Positions 9,981 to 20,959 of a DNA stretch of 33,333 nucleotides are shown one piece after another. Source of the stretch: Octopus bimaculoides (taxonomy: Eukaryota); NCBI RefSeq assembly GCF_001194135.2, contig NC_069004.1, positions 21,377,788 to 21,411,120 on the forward strand, given 5' to 3'. The notes beneath the pieces were generated by a model that searched no databases, was not told the origin of the DNA, and saw only the letters and a program-made list of their open reading frames with translations. The position numbers were made by a program, and so were the translations under genes. Each line of letters starts with the position of its first letter. Positions within the stretch are counted from its first letter, which is position 1.

Positions 9981-10477
9981 GTAATTAAAAACACAAACTA
10001 TTACCTAACCGTATGGTTTATACACTTTCTGAAGACAGGAAACAACATTATCTGCTGACTTATTCTATTGTTTTATGTTTATCCTTTTCTTTGCCCTTCA
10101 TCATATGTATCGACCATTGGATTTACATTATGGTTTATTCTGTATTATTTTCAATCTCTCTTTCTTGGTTTTTTTTGCAATATGTAAATATGTTCATATA
10201 AACACACCTACTGGTTATAAGTATAATTCGTAATAATACAAGTTTTCTCTAGCAAATGTATTATATACAAAACTCTGGTGAGCTGACATTCAATAGTATT
10301 GATGTGAGTTTATAGCTGCATATATTATATAAAAATATAGCAATGCTCTTGAATTCGAATGCCTGTACTGCCAGTACTTCTGTATCATCTATAATTGTTG
10401 AGTGCATTTTATTCCAACCTAACCAGGTGCCTCAACTTTAAGTACCTTATTCGACTGAATATTGTTATATTATAATA

Positions 10478-10483
10478 TACACA

Positions 10484-10514
<31 letters not shown>

Positions 10515-10547
10515 GCGCACACACGCGCGCACACACACACACATATA
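10478..10547. repeat. Alternating purine-pyrimidine (CA)n(CG)n tract
   Basis: Direct reading. Confidence 0.9.
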
Positions 10548-11769
10548 TGCAAGTGTCGTCTGAAAAGTTCATAGGCTGAACAGGACACTCTCACGGAATC
10601 TGACCAAATAAAGTTTATTTTTTCAACTTACACCCCCTTGCGGTCCACACACTTCTTTCATCGGTGTTACAGTGCTTCAATCCCGTTAGTGAGGAAGCTT
10701 CATCAAAATGTCAACAACAGCAGATATGATACCATCATCAATGCGACACTACTCCCCAGCCAAGTATTTTTTCATATTGATGAAAAATGATTGTCAGATG
10801 GGACCAAATTAGGAGAATAGGGAAATTGATCAACCAGCTCAAAGCCACAGTCGTACACAACAGCCCTTGAAACTAAGGACTTGTGTGCTGAGCACTTTCT
10901 TGATGAAACAAGACCCCTTTCCTGGGCATTTGGTCTTGATAGCCTTTTGTAACTGCCACAGTAAGTTGACATAGTATTCTCCATTGATGGTGTGGCCCTT
11001 TTGAAGATAGTTAATAAACACAATGCCTTTTCCATCCCCCAAAACTGAGGCTGTCATCTTCCCTACAGATAAAACGACTTTGGCATTCTTTGCAGATGAC
11101 TGAATTGTCTCTTTGTCTCTGGCTCAAAGTGATGGCGCCAACACTCATCTGGGTTAGGAAACGTTCAAGGAAACCAACTAGATTTGCCTCAAACAATGTT
11201 AGATTTTTCTGTGGTGTGATCAAACTGGTCCGCTTTTGATCAGGCGTCAGAAGACATGGCACCTACCGAGCAGAACCCTTCATCACGTCAACTTCATTGT
11301 GCAAAATATTCTCAACTCTCTCATGGGAATTGCTTATAGCATTGGCTATTTGATTTATATTCAATCGCTTGTCATCCATCACCATGTGGTGAACACGATC
11401 AATGTTTTCCAAGGTGGCTGTAGTTAAAGCACCTCCAGACATTGGTCATCTTCAAGATGACCCAATGTCTGCAGGTGCCTTCCTAAATTCAGCTTCCCAC
11501 TTTTGCACTGTTGACAAAGCTGGAGCGTCAGTTATCTACTAATGTAGCAACAATGTCAGCATAAATGTCCTGGGGGCTAAATCCTTTTCCTGTAGGTACT
11601 TGATAACACCACGATGCCAAATTTTATTGATTTTCAAGAGAAGTTGTTACTAGTTAGTTTTGAAGTCTTCTTTGAACAGTCAGTTTACTTGAAAAGAAAC
11701 AATGCAGTTATTAATAAGATTGAAATTAATGCATGCAAGATTTCACAGCTCTAGTCACAGTCAGCCTAC
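10548..11769 (-). mobile_element. Inactive mariner (Tc1/mariner) transposon
   Basis: Fragments PCLLTPDQKRT, GDGKGIVFINYLQKGHTINGEYY and PYSPNLVPSD (YSPDLAPSD motif). The first two catalytic Asp are disrupted. Left TIR CGTCTGAAAAGTTCATAGGCTGA follows a TA; only a partial right TIR TCAGCCTAC remains. Confidence 0.9.
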
Positions 11770-11770
11770 C

Positions 11771-11998
11771 TGTGCGTGCGTGCGTGCGTGCGCGCGCGCG
11801 CACTTGTTCCCCATCATCGCTCGACAACCAGTGTTAGTGTGTTTATGTCCTCGTAACCTAACGGTTCGACAAAAGAAACCGTTAGAATAACTACAAGGCT
11901 TAACAAAATATGTACTGGGGGTCGATTCATTTGACTAAAATTCTTCAACGTGTGCCCCACCATGGCCGCAGTCTAATGACTGAAACAATAAAAAAAGG
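11771..11998 (+). mobile_element. SINE family A 3' half, starting at its internal TG/CG tract
   Basis: Matches the 3' half of the other copies. Confidence 0.85.
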
Positions 11999-12508
11999 AA
12001 TATATACATATATACGCACATACACATATGCTCACACACACACATACACACATATACACACACATACAGGCACACACAAATGCATGTGTTTCGAGAAATA
12101 CGCCAAGGAAGTATTTTGTATTGCTGAATTCTATCAAACAGCTTAATGAAACAATGTAACTTTTTCCCTCAGATATTTACCCCCCCCNNNNNNNNNNNNN
12201 NNNNNNNNNNNNNNNNNNNNNNNNNNNNNNNNNNNNNNNNNNNNNNNNNNNNNNNNNNNNNNNNNNNNNNNNNNNNNNNNNNNNNNNNNNNNNNNNNNNN
12301 NNNNNNNNNNNNNNNNNNNNNNNNNNNNNNNNNNNNNNNNNNNNNNNNNNNCCCCCCCCCTATTCATCATGTTGACTAATGTTGGAGTTCTTAATAGCCT
12401 AATTACAGTTAAACTATTTACTGTGCACTTTGTTACAAGAGGCTGCAGATTAGATAGGCTGGAAAGTGTTGAACGCAACACATAAATACACGCGCATGTA
12501 TAACCATA

Positions 12509-12556
<48 letters not shown>

Positions 12557-12582
12557 CATCTATCTATAGTTACTATTCCCAG

Positions 12583-12756
12583 AGGCGCAGGAGTAGCTGT
12601 GTGGTAAGTAGCTTGCTTACCAACCACATGGTTCCGGGTTCAGTCCCACTGCGTGGCACCCTTGGGCAAGTGTCTTCTACTATAGCCTCGGGCAGACCAA
12701 AGCCTTGTGAGTTGATTTGGTAGACGGAAACTGAAAAAAAGCCCGTGGTATATATG

Positions 12757-12806
<50 letters not shown>

Positions 12807-13023
12807 TGTGTTTGTGTGTCTGTGTTTGTACCCCCAACTTCGCTTGACAACCGATGCTGGTGTGTATACGTCCCGTAACCTAGCGGTTCGGCAACAGAGA
12901 CCGATAAAATAAGTACTAGGCTTACAAAGAATAAGTTCTGGGGTTGATTTGCTCGACTAAAGGCGGTGCTCCAGCATGGCCGCAGTCAAATGACTGAAAC
13001 AAGTAAAAGAGAGTAAAGAGAGT
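12583..13023 (+). mobile_element. SINE family A, full length, least diverged copy
   Basis: A-box-like TAGCTGTGTGG (12594-12604), B-box-like GGTTCAGTCCC (12637-12647), internal (TA)(TG) tract and AAAGAG tail. Similar in style to described octopus tRNA-derived SINEs; family name not assigned. Confidence 0.92.
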
Positions 13024-13605
13024 AGTTGAACGAATATATCATTTGGTTTATTTCCCAGTGAAAAAATGGTGGCCAAAAAGTCACGTGATTCACTTTGTAA
13101 TCTCTTTACCAGATGTTGCTCAGTTATATTTATTGACTGTAAATTGATTGTAAACATCGTCGTCTAGAGGGGACACACATACACACATGAATTCTCACAC
13201 ATGCACGCACGCTAATACATACAATAATACTTCAGCCAGCTTTCAAGATCTGTTCCTAAAACTGCAGCAATAAATGAAACAACACTGTATGAAGTCGTAC
13301 ACAAACGATGGTAATGAACATCGCTTATCGACTCTCTGTTGCACCTCCAAGCACTTAATAACCTCAGATAATATTACATAATGTCATATTAACATATTGT
13401 ATGATGAAACTAAACAACAAATTTAATTAAGGTTTAATGTTATGAAGTTATTAATCAAGGGTACACAGGTTTATCTACATTTATCTATCTATCTATCTAT
13501 CTAAACCGGAAAACAAAAAGAAAGACAAGAAAAGAACGAAAAACAGACAACGAAAGAAAGACATAAAGAAAGAAAATTAGACAAAGAGAGAAATGGATGT
13601 CAATA

Positions 13606-13748
13606 CAGCACTGATACTTTATTTATCAACTTCGAAAAAATAAAAGACGAAGTTGACCTCGACTTGATTTGAACTCAGAGCGTAGAGAGCTGGAATGGTT
13701 ATTGCAAAGCAATTTATCTGACGCCTTAACGATTCTACCAATCGACTG
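13606..13748 (-). mobile_element. SINE family B, diverged 5' part
   Basis: GTTGACCTCGACTTGATTTGAACTCAGAGCGT...AACGATTCTACCA matches the family B reverse strand. Confidence 0.65.
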
Positions 13749-13989
13749 TCTTTTGTCTAAATCGTTAAGTGGTGAAATCAACGAGACGTTTTTCCAGCCT
13801 TATTAAATCTCCTTAACGAAACTTATACCTTAAGCAATATAGAGTTCAATATGTGTGTGTGTAAGTGTCAATGTAAATGTACATGTGTGCGTGGAAGGGG
13901 GTGCATTGCAGGAAATATTGTGTGACTGATTATGAATATCAACAATACTTAATGTGTTACACAAACTCATTTGATGACAGCCGGGTGTA

Positions 13990-14760
13990 ATTTGAACTAC
14001 ATTTGGTATCTATTTCTAGCAAATCGAGCAACCACATAGAAGCTTCCTTGTTTTACTGTTGTTATTTAGCAATAGGTCACATTTGAACTAACAGAACGAT
14101 GGTAACACAGCTTTGATCATCTCATCTTTTTTTTAGGGCTAACTGGGACTACACTGTTTAATATCTTCCCCCTTTTAAAGATGGTTTGGGTATGATATGA
14201 GGGAGATTAGGTTGTTATTTATAGCTGATCGAACAACCTCAAAAGGGGTCTTTTGTTGTTTTTGTTGTTGCTGATGGACTCCAAATCGGTTAACTTGCAT
14301 TTTAGTGTCTTAAAAAGTGAAAGTAAATTGCGATAGAAACCGAAAGTGACAAGTCACAACTTCATAACTTCACAACTATGTTTGTAGTCTAAACTAACAC
14401 AGGAAGCCCAACCATCCGATATCAAATACGTTTCTGGCAATATCTGTTACATTATAATGAGCTAAGTGTTTCTCGCATACTGTCAGGNNNNNNNNNNTCA
14501 CTAGGGGGCGCAGTTTACTTTCACTTATTCACTTCTTTTTTTCACAATAAACTGAATGCTAACCCCTCTGAGTCGACTTTGATTGCATTGACAGATAATC
14601 AAAGGTACTCCAGCTGGGACCTCCAGACTTTCAAGTCATAGTACACACAGACTACATGCTTTAATGTGTTCGTCTTTAAAGATGCTTAGCGTTTTATTTG
14701 AGTGTGGTTTGGTTGTTATATTTAGCAGGTCAAACAACCTTGTAGTGGACTTCTTTGTTG
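13990..14760 (+). repeat. Three degenerate copies of an unclassified repeat module (fourth near 16270-16330)
   Basis: Recurrent TTTAAAGATG...GATT(T/A)GG(C/T)TG(C/T)TATTT(C/A)TAGC...CGA(G/A)CAACC..(G/A)TAGA motif at about 14020, 14200, 14700 and 16280. Confidence 0.5.
14498..14511 (+). promoter_or_regulatory. CTCF-like core motif
   Basis: TCACTAGGGGGCGC versus consensus CCASYAGRKGGCRS, one mismatch. Sits directly against a 10-N gap. Confidence 0.3.
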
Positions 14761-15649
14761 TTGTTATTTAGCTCTAAATCACAGGCATTCAAGCAGTGAC
14801 CGTCAAGCCATTTCCCCTACGCACAGCACACCAACGATCGATCGTTGAGCGTTTCACTTTCACGTTTGTTAATCTCAATGACAAAAGTGGAACTAAAGGA
14901 CAAAAGTCAACGATTGCCCCCTCCCCACCCAACCGTCTCTTCGACACCTGTATTTCTCAATGTGTTCGTTGTTTTTGACAATCAGGGTAGCGGTTCCTNN
15001 NNNNNNNNNNNNNNNNNNNNNNNNNNNNNNNNNNNNNNNNNNNNNNNNNNNNNNNNNNNNNNNNNNNNNNNNNNNNNNNNNNNNNNNNNNNNNNNNNNNN
15101 NNNNNNNNNNNNNNNNNNNNNNNNNNNNNNNNNNNNNNNNNNNNNNNNNNNNNNNNNNNNNNNNNNNNNNNNNNNNNNNNNNNNNNNNNNNNNNNNNNNN
15201 NNNNNNNNNNNNNNNNNNNNNNNNNNNNNNNNNNNNNNNNNNNNNNNNNNNNNNNNNNNNNNNNNNNNNNNNNNNNNNNNNNNNNNNNNNNNNNNNNNNN
15301 NNNNNNNNNNNNNNNNNNNNNNNNNNNNNNNNNNNNNNNNNNNNNNNNNNNNNNNNNNNNNNNNNNNNNNNNNNNNNNNNNNNNNNNNNNNNNNNNNNNN
15401 NNNNNNNNNNNNNNNNNNNNNNNNNNNNNNNNNNNNNNNNNNNNNNNNNNNNNNNNNNNNNNNNNNNNNNNNNNNNNNNNNNNNNNNNNNNNNNNNNNNN
15501 NNNNNNNNNNNNNNNNNNNNNNNNNNNNNNNNNNNNNNNNNNNNNNNNNNNNNNNNNNNNNNNNNNNNNNNNNNNNNNNNNNNNNNNNNNNNNNNNNNNN
15601 NNNNNNNNNNNNNNNNNNNNNNNNNNNNNNNNNNNNNNNNNNNNNNNCC

Positions 15650-15722
15650 TACGGGCATATGGCGTAATGGTAAGAGCACGGGCTACTAACCCCAAGATTC
15701 TGAATTCAATTCCAGGCAGTGA

Positions 15723-15769
<47 letters not shown>

Positions 15770-15944
15770 TCGAAAAATACCTTAGGAATGAGAACCCAGG
15801 TTCGAAATTTCCCCCCAGACACCTAATAAAGGCTGGAGGGTATATCAGCCGAAACGTTGTGTTAACAACAAACAAAATGAGGACAAATATACGTCAAATG
15901 TAAATAATGTAAATAATTCCTTATCTCTTAAATATAGAACTGTA
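15650..15944 (+). mobile_element. SINE family C, apparently complete
   Basis: A-box-like TGGCGTAATGG (15660-15670), B-box-like GAATTCAATTCC (15702-15713), (AAT)n, then the same tail as 6243-6420 reversed. Confidence 0.85.
15818..15863 (+). ncRNA. Degenerate minimal type I hammerhead ribozyme motif
   Basis: GACAC CTAATAA A GGCTG GAGGGTATAT CAGCC GAAAC GTT GTGTT. Core reads CUAAUAA rather than CUGAUGA. Confidence 0.6.
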
Positions 15945-16040
15945 TTCACTCAAGTCATTGGTCGGCTCGGGACTATAATAGAAGACATTTGGCCAAAGTA
16001 TCACACAGAAGGACTGAACTCAAAACCACATGGTTGCAAC
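15945..16040 (-). mobile_element. SINE family A 5' fragment, diverged
   Basis: TTGGTCGGCTCGGGACTATAATAGAAGACA...GGACTGAACTCAAAACCACATGGTTG. Confidence 0.7.
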
Positions 16041-16051
16041 GTGATCTACAC

Positions 16052-16130
16052 TAGTGCTTCTCAAAGTGGTGGTCGCGGATCGGTGCCGGTCGCAAGCCAT
16101 CAGCTGCCGGTACACGGCGAGTTTCCAGAA
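16052..16130 (+). mobile_element. hAT/Charlie-like terminal fragment
   Basis: TAGTGCTTCTCAAAGTGGTGGTC resembles Charlie-type TIRs. No partner TIR or TSD found. Confidence 0.4.
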
Positions 16131-17138
16131 TATGGCTTATTATTTTGAAAATGTAGAATGTCATATCTTTTTAAAACATTTATTATATCAAATGTTTTTT
16201 GCATAGTTTTTTCACGGACCATATTGGGCTTGAGCGGAACTCCGTTTGACACAACCTTTATTAGTGTGCAGTTTGTTAGAGATTTGGCTGCTATTCCTAG
16301 CAGATCGTGCGATGCCGTAGAGGCTTCCTCTTTAACTCCTTGCATTTGTGTGTGTGTGTGCGTGTGTTGCTTCACCCTCACTGTGAAACTTAACAGTAAC
16401 AGAAAGAAAAATCACAGAAAACTTACCTCTCTTGATTATCAAAATCCAGTTGCTTTCTTCCTTTGGTTTTCTTTTACTTCCCTATATTACACAGGTATTT
16501 TATTGTTTCCGTGACTTATATATTATAATTAACAATAGTTACTGCTAATTATGGAAAATAAATGGAATAGATGTGGGTTTTGAGCAAATTGGAGTTTGGA
16601 AACTTCTGACATCAAATAAACCATCAGGTACATTAGTATTCTACTCTTTGTTCTTCTCTCTAAGATCTTCTGGTTTTCCTCTGTTTTTTGCCGGAGATCG
16701 TGAATATTTGTAACGNNNNNNNNNNNNNNNNNNNNNNNNNNNNNNNNNNNNNNNNNNNNNNNNNNNNNNNNNNNNNNNNNNNNNNNNNNNNNNNNNNNNN
16801 NNNNNNNNNNNNNNNNNNNNNNNNNNNNNNNNNNNNNNNNNNNNNNNNNNNNNNNNNNNNNNNNNNNNNNNNNNNNNNNNNNNNNNNNNNNNNNNNNNNN
16901 NNNNNNNNNNNNNNNNNNNNNNNNNNNNNNNNNNNNNNNNNNNNNNNNNNNNNNNNNNNNNNNNNNNNNNNNNNNNNNNNNNNNNNNNNNNCACGAATTT
17001 CCTTGAAAATGGTATTTGTCCGATTTCCTTTCGACACTTAGGACACACTTACGTATGAATGAATAAGAAATAGTATGTTACGCTCTTTTTTGCCCCCTCA
17101 TTTCTCGTGCTGAACTTGCATTGTTTCCGCTGATCGTG

Positions 17139-17287
17139 TATGTATGTATGTATGTATGTAAGTATGTGTGTGTATGTATGTGTGTGTGTATGTATGTATG
17201 TATGTATAGCCGCCTAAAAAGAAAATTTCAATTCATTTAAAATCTTCCACATACGAAGTCCTTCAAAGCACCTACACCTACCTCAAT

Positions 17288-17331
<44 letters not shown>
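17139..17331. repeat. (TATG)n and (TG)n microsatellites
   Basis: Direct reading. Confidence 0.9.
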
Positions 17332-17336
<5 letters not shown>

Positions 17337-18174
17337 ATTTTACGAAGTCCTTTAAGATGTCTATTAACGTGATGATGTTTCTTTTTCTATATTTTTAGAA
17401 TATTTTAACAGCTTTTGTCTTCTCTACGTCACTTCCGAATAGCAAGATGACTGACATTATTTAAACAATTTCTACTTCAACTATCATTTAAATCCCTCCT
17501 CCGCCGGTCGTTTTTAGCCTTTACTGTTAGTCACATACAACCAGCTTAGCCAAGTAGGACAAGCATAACGACGAAGAATTAAAAAGATAAGGCAATACGT
17601 GTGTTCGTGTGTGCGCGCGCGCGCGCGTGAAGGAAATAGGCGAGGAGACCATATGACGAAAAGAAAAAATAAGTATGAAAAATAAAACTAACGGAACCTT
17701 TTGACAGGATGGACTCGTTGGTAAGGGTGGTTAGGTTGTTAACTAAGCTTTTTATGTAAATAGTTTATTTCTTGTCAAGTCATTACTGATATGCACTTAC
17801 ACACACATACACACATATATATATGCAAACATGTGCACACACACACACATGAGTGTGTGTTATCATATTTGTAGTAGCAACAATGTTTGGCTATAAAAGA
17901 TAAAGGGGCTTTATTTGATAATATTTAATGGGGTTTCATAAAGGAGGAAAACAATTTTTTAATTATCTTTAAGGACAAACAAAAAAAAGGAAAGGCAATT
18001 GAAATACCATATAGTAAGAATGGGGAAACAAAATGTGAGGTCAACATAAAGACAAAAAATGCTCTTATGTTTTAAATCGGGAAATTGTTACGATTATTTT
18101 CACTTGGAATCGTCCGAATGTATATTTATAAACACATGCGCGCGCGCGCACAGGGAATAGAATTCCTTGTAAAA

Positions 18175-19695
18175 ATAAAAACGGCATTAATCCCCGAAAA
18201 GATACTTTTGTCTCTAAAAACGGGACCAAAATCCAGCTGCCTTCTGGACAATCCCCTAATAGCTATAGCTGCCCTAATCAAAAGCTTTCAGTTGATCCAA
18301 ATTGATAAGGGTACCACCGAATTAAGGTTTGTTACCCACCCACTCTACAATGTATTGTATGCGGTGGAAATTTCCTTGGATAAATTTGTTAAGGTTTCGC
18401 GCTGGTTAATTGCTTTACCGACTAAACTAACAAATGCCAGCCTGTTTGCAAGTACCTTTGGTAAAATATTAAACTCTACATTCAGCAAAGTTATGGGCCA
18501 AAAATGATCAATAACGTATTCTTTCTTCGTGTCGTTTCTCTTCGGTTCGACTGCCAGCTGCTGTCGACGTTCACCAAGACGTCGGCAAACAAGTTTGGCA
18601 AAGACATATAAAACTCGTGAGGCAAACAAGTTCCGCAAAGACATAAAACTCCTGAGGCAGACCATCCAAACCAAGCGATTTGCTTCTCGTACAACCACTT
18701 AACGCCTTCCTTATTTCAACTGCTGATATGTTTTTTGTTTTTTTTTGTGCAGCATTTCACATCTTCCATCGAATGCCACGGTATGCCGTTCAGGTAGGTA
18801 CAAAAATCCACCATTTCTGTTTCACCGCTCGCCTGAAAAGTTAAGCAAAGTGTCGCTGGAAAGCTGCCTGCACCTAATTGAATAGTATGCGCCCATTCCA
18901 GTTCTTCGTGCCTCTTTCATCCAGCTCCTTCGAACGGCTTGCTTTCCCTCGTATCTTAGAACATGCGCCTTAGTTCTGGCAATACAACCTTCGTATTTTA
19001 TTGATCCAATGCTATGCTATTCTCGTCGCAAGCACGTCGGCTATGGTACTTTTCTAATTGCGTCATTAGTTTCCACGTTATTTTATTTTCCTTAATTGCT
19101 ATATTTTTGCTTAGCAAATAACCAGCTTTAGAGCACTCCACCACCGATAATTGAATATCATCCATGTCAACTACCACCTTATTAATTCACAAATATGGCC
19201 TCCGTAGGCTTTGCACACCAAACACATGTTCAGTTTCCAATGGCCGGGTATCTGTCTATAAGTTGGGTATTTATTTGTCTATAGAATTTGTCTAAGTCGA
19301 CCGATGCAAGTCACCAAATTTGCGTTTTGTGAATCGATCTGTTGAAATTGTGGCCACCCTACATTATTATCAAATTTCCAATATAGATATAATCTGGATG
19401 TCTTCATAGTTGCTCGGTGTCTACATCGGCACAACGACTAGTTGTTAAGAGAATTAAAAATGCTTGAGGAATTTGTGAGGTTTTTACACTCCGTCTCCTA
19501 TCGGATAGCCCTACACAATCCTTGTAGCATCATCTTAGATACTATTCTAGTCTCGTACTAGTACTAAAGAGCGGGGCAATCCCCAGAAGGCTTCTGAGAA
19601 ATTCATCGGAATGTGACATAGACGGCCAATCTGAAGGCACACTTCTTTTGAATCCTTTCAGACCCGGTATCATCGACTTACCGTCCGGGTCCAGG
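18175..19695 (-). mobile_element. Decayed L1/Tx1-type LINE ORF2 (APE C-half, linker, RT N-half)
   Basis: Broken frames give LDPDG..AFRLAVY, PGHWKLN, EGCIARTK, KSLGLDGLP, FWPITLLNVEFNILPKVLANRL and INLDQLKAFD. These parallel the plus-strand element at 30996-33127. Confidence 0.88.
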
Positions 19696-19699
19696 TAGT

Positions 19700-20010
19700 T
19701 TGTGACCTTTACTGTGTCTATGGAGATAGTTTCTTGTATTTGTGCTCCAGTGAGAAATGCCTATTTATTAAGTGAAGGAAAATCTTGTCTGCTGTTGAGT
19801 GAGGATTGGGTAAAAACTAAATAAGCATTCTGTCTTTAGTTCTTTTGATGATTTCTTTAATGTTTTATAAGCAAGTTTGTTCAAACCCATTGCATCATTA
19901 TAGTACGGTGCCGTCCTATCAAAGATTAGAAATTTCCTTGCCTACACCTTTAACAATACTACATGGGCTGTAGGATCCTACGTTAATCTAAGTTTTCATT
20001 TTGCTTCCTA
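19700..20010 (-). mobile_element. Penelope-like element ORF fragment (RT to GIY-YIG linker)
   Basis: Translates with frameshifts as FDRTAPYYNDAM and PNPHS..DKIFLHLINRHFSLEHKYKK..TVKV, matching the FNPP.S..IG..FL.LIDKHFP..H..K.FNRNTVKVSYS signature as recalled. Confidence 0.65.
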
Positions 20011-20353
20011 AAGAGCTTACAGGAATCACTTGTTACGTCCAGGAAATTGACTACTCTACGGTTAGTAACCCTAATAATTTTTCTACCGAGAAATTTGGAT
20101 GTCTATATGATATCTTTCTTGAACCTATATAACGTGTGTCAGAGAGGTAGTTATACTCCCAGGCTAAATTACACAACGAGCTCCGTTCCACATTTAAAAA
20201 ATATTGTGTGTATATANNNNNNNNNNNNNNNNNNNNNNNNNNNNNNNNNNNNNNNNNNNNNNNNNNNNNNNNNNNNNNNNNNNNNNNNNNNNNNNNNNNN
20301 NNNNNNNNNNNNNNNNNNNNNNNNNNNNNNNNNNNNNNNNNNNNNNNNNNNNN

Positions 20354-20388
<35 letters not shown>

Positions 20389-20959
20389 ATAAGGCACGTG
20401 GTATGACATCTTGAGTTTCGGTGAATATTCACTTCGTCAGCTACTGTTGAATTAAATATGGTCACTTGTTTAGCTATGCATTTCGACTATACACCTTTTA
20501 CAGGAACAGTTAGAAAATATTTTTAAAATGTTAAACTGAAAGTTTATTCCAGTTTATATATTTGTTCATTTCATTTCTTTCTTATTTATTTATTTAGCGT
20601 ATTTTTCGAAGCTTCAGTTTAACTGTTTTCTGGAGAGATTTGATTCGACAATTCTGCGCGAATCAGCATTCTCACATCAACTGAATAATTGATAGAATCC
20701 TTTTAAAACAATTTATCCAAAAAATATGCTGAACTCAGGTGTTTGTATTTATTTAAGATATTAGTAAAATAGGGCAAGACCAGACACAATTGTATGGATG
20801 GATACCTATTTACGTATGTATGTATGTATGTATGTATGTGTGTGTGTGTGTATATGTATGTATGTATGTATGTATGTATGGCTTTGTATATAGAAATATT
20901 CGGATTGGTGTCCGAGGCTATAGTAGGTCCACTGGGAATGAGAGACCCCTGGTCTTTCT

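Noticed and set aside
9884-9987. Functional U6 gene
   Set aside because: ACAGAGA box mutated, 5' stem-loop missing and no recognisable upstream promoter; treated as a pseudogene.
12180-12360. Poly-C flanked gap, and a C-run G4 motif at 23641-23660
   Set aside because: Mostly hidden by the gap, or a short simple repeat with no further evidence.
15653-15724. Genuine tRNA genes at SINE heads (also 12583 and 28174)
   Set aside because: A and B boxes are present but there is no complete cloverleaf, and each is followed by a SINE body.
14845-15903. ORFs of 235-352 aa, and similar ones at 22913-23430, 24309-25255 and 31742-32668
   Set aside because: They are open only because they span N-gaps.
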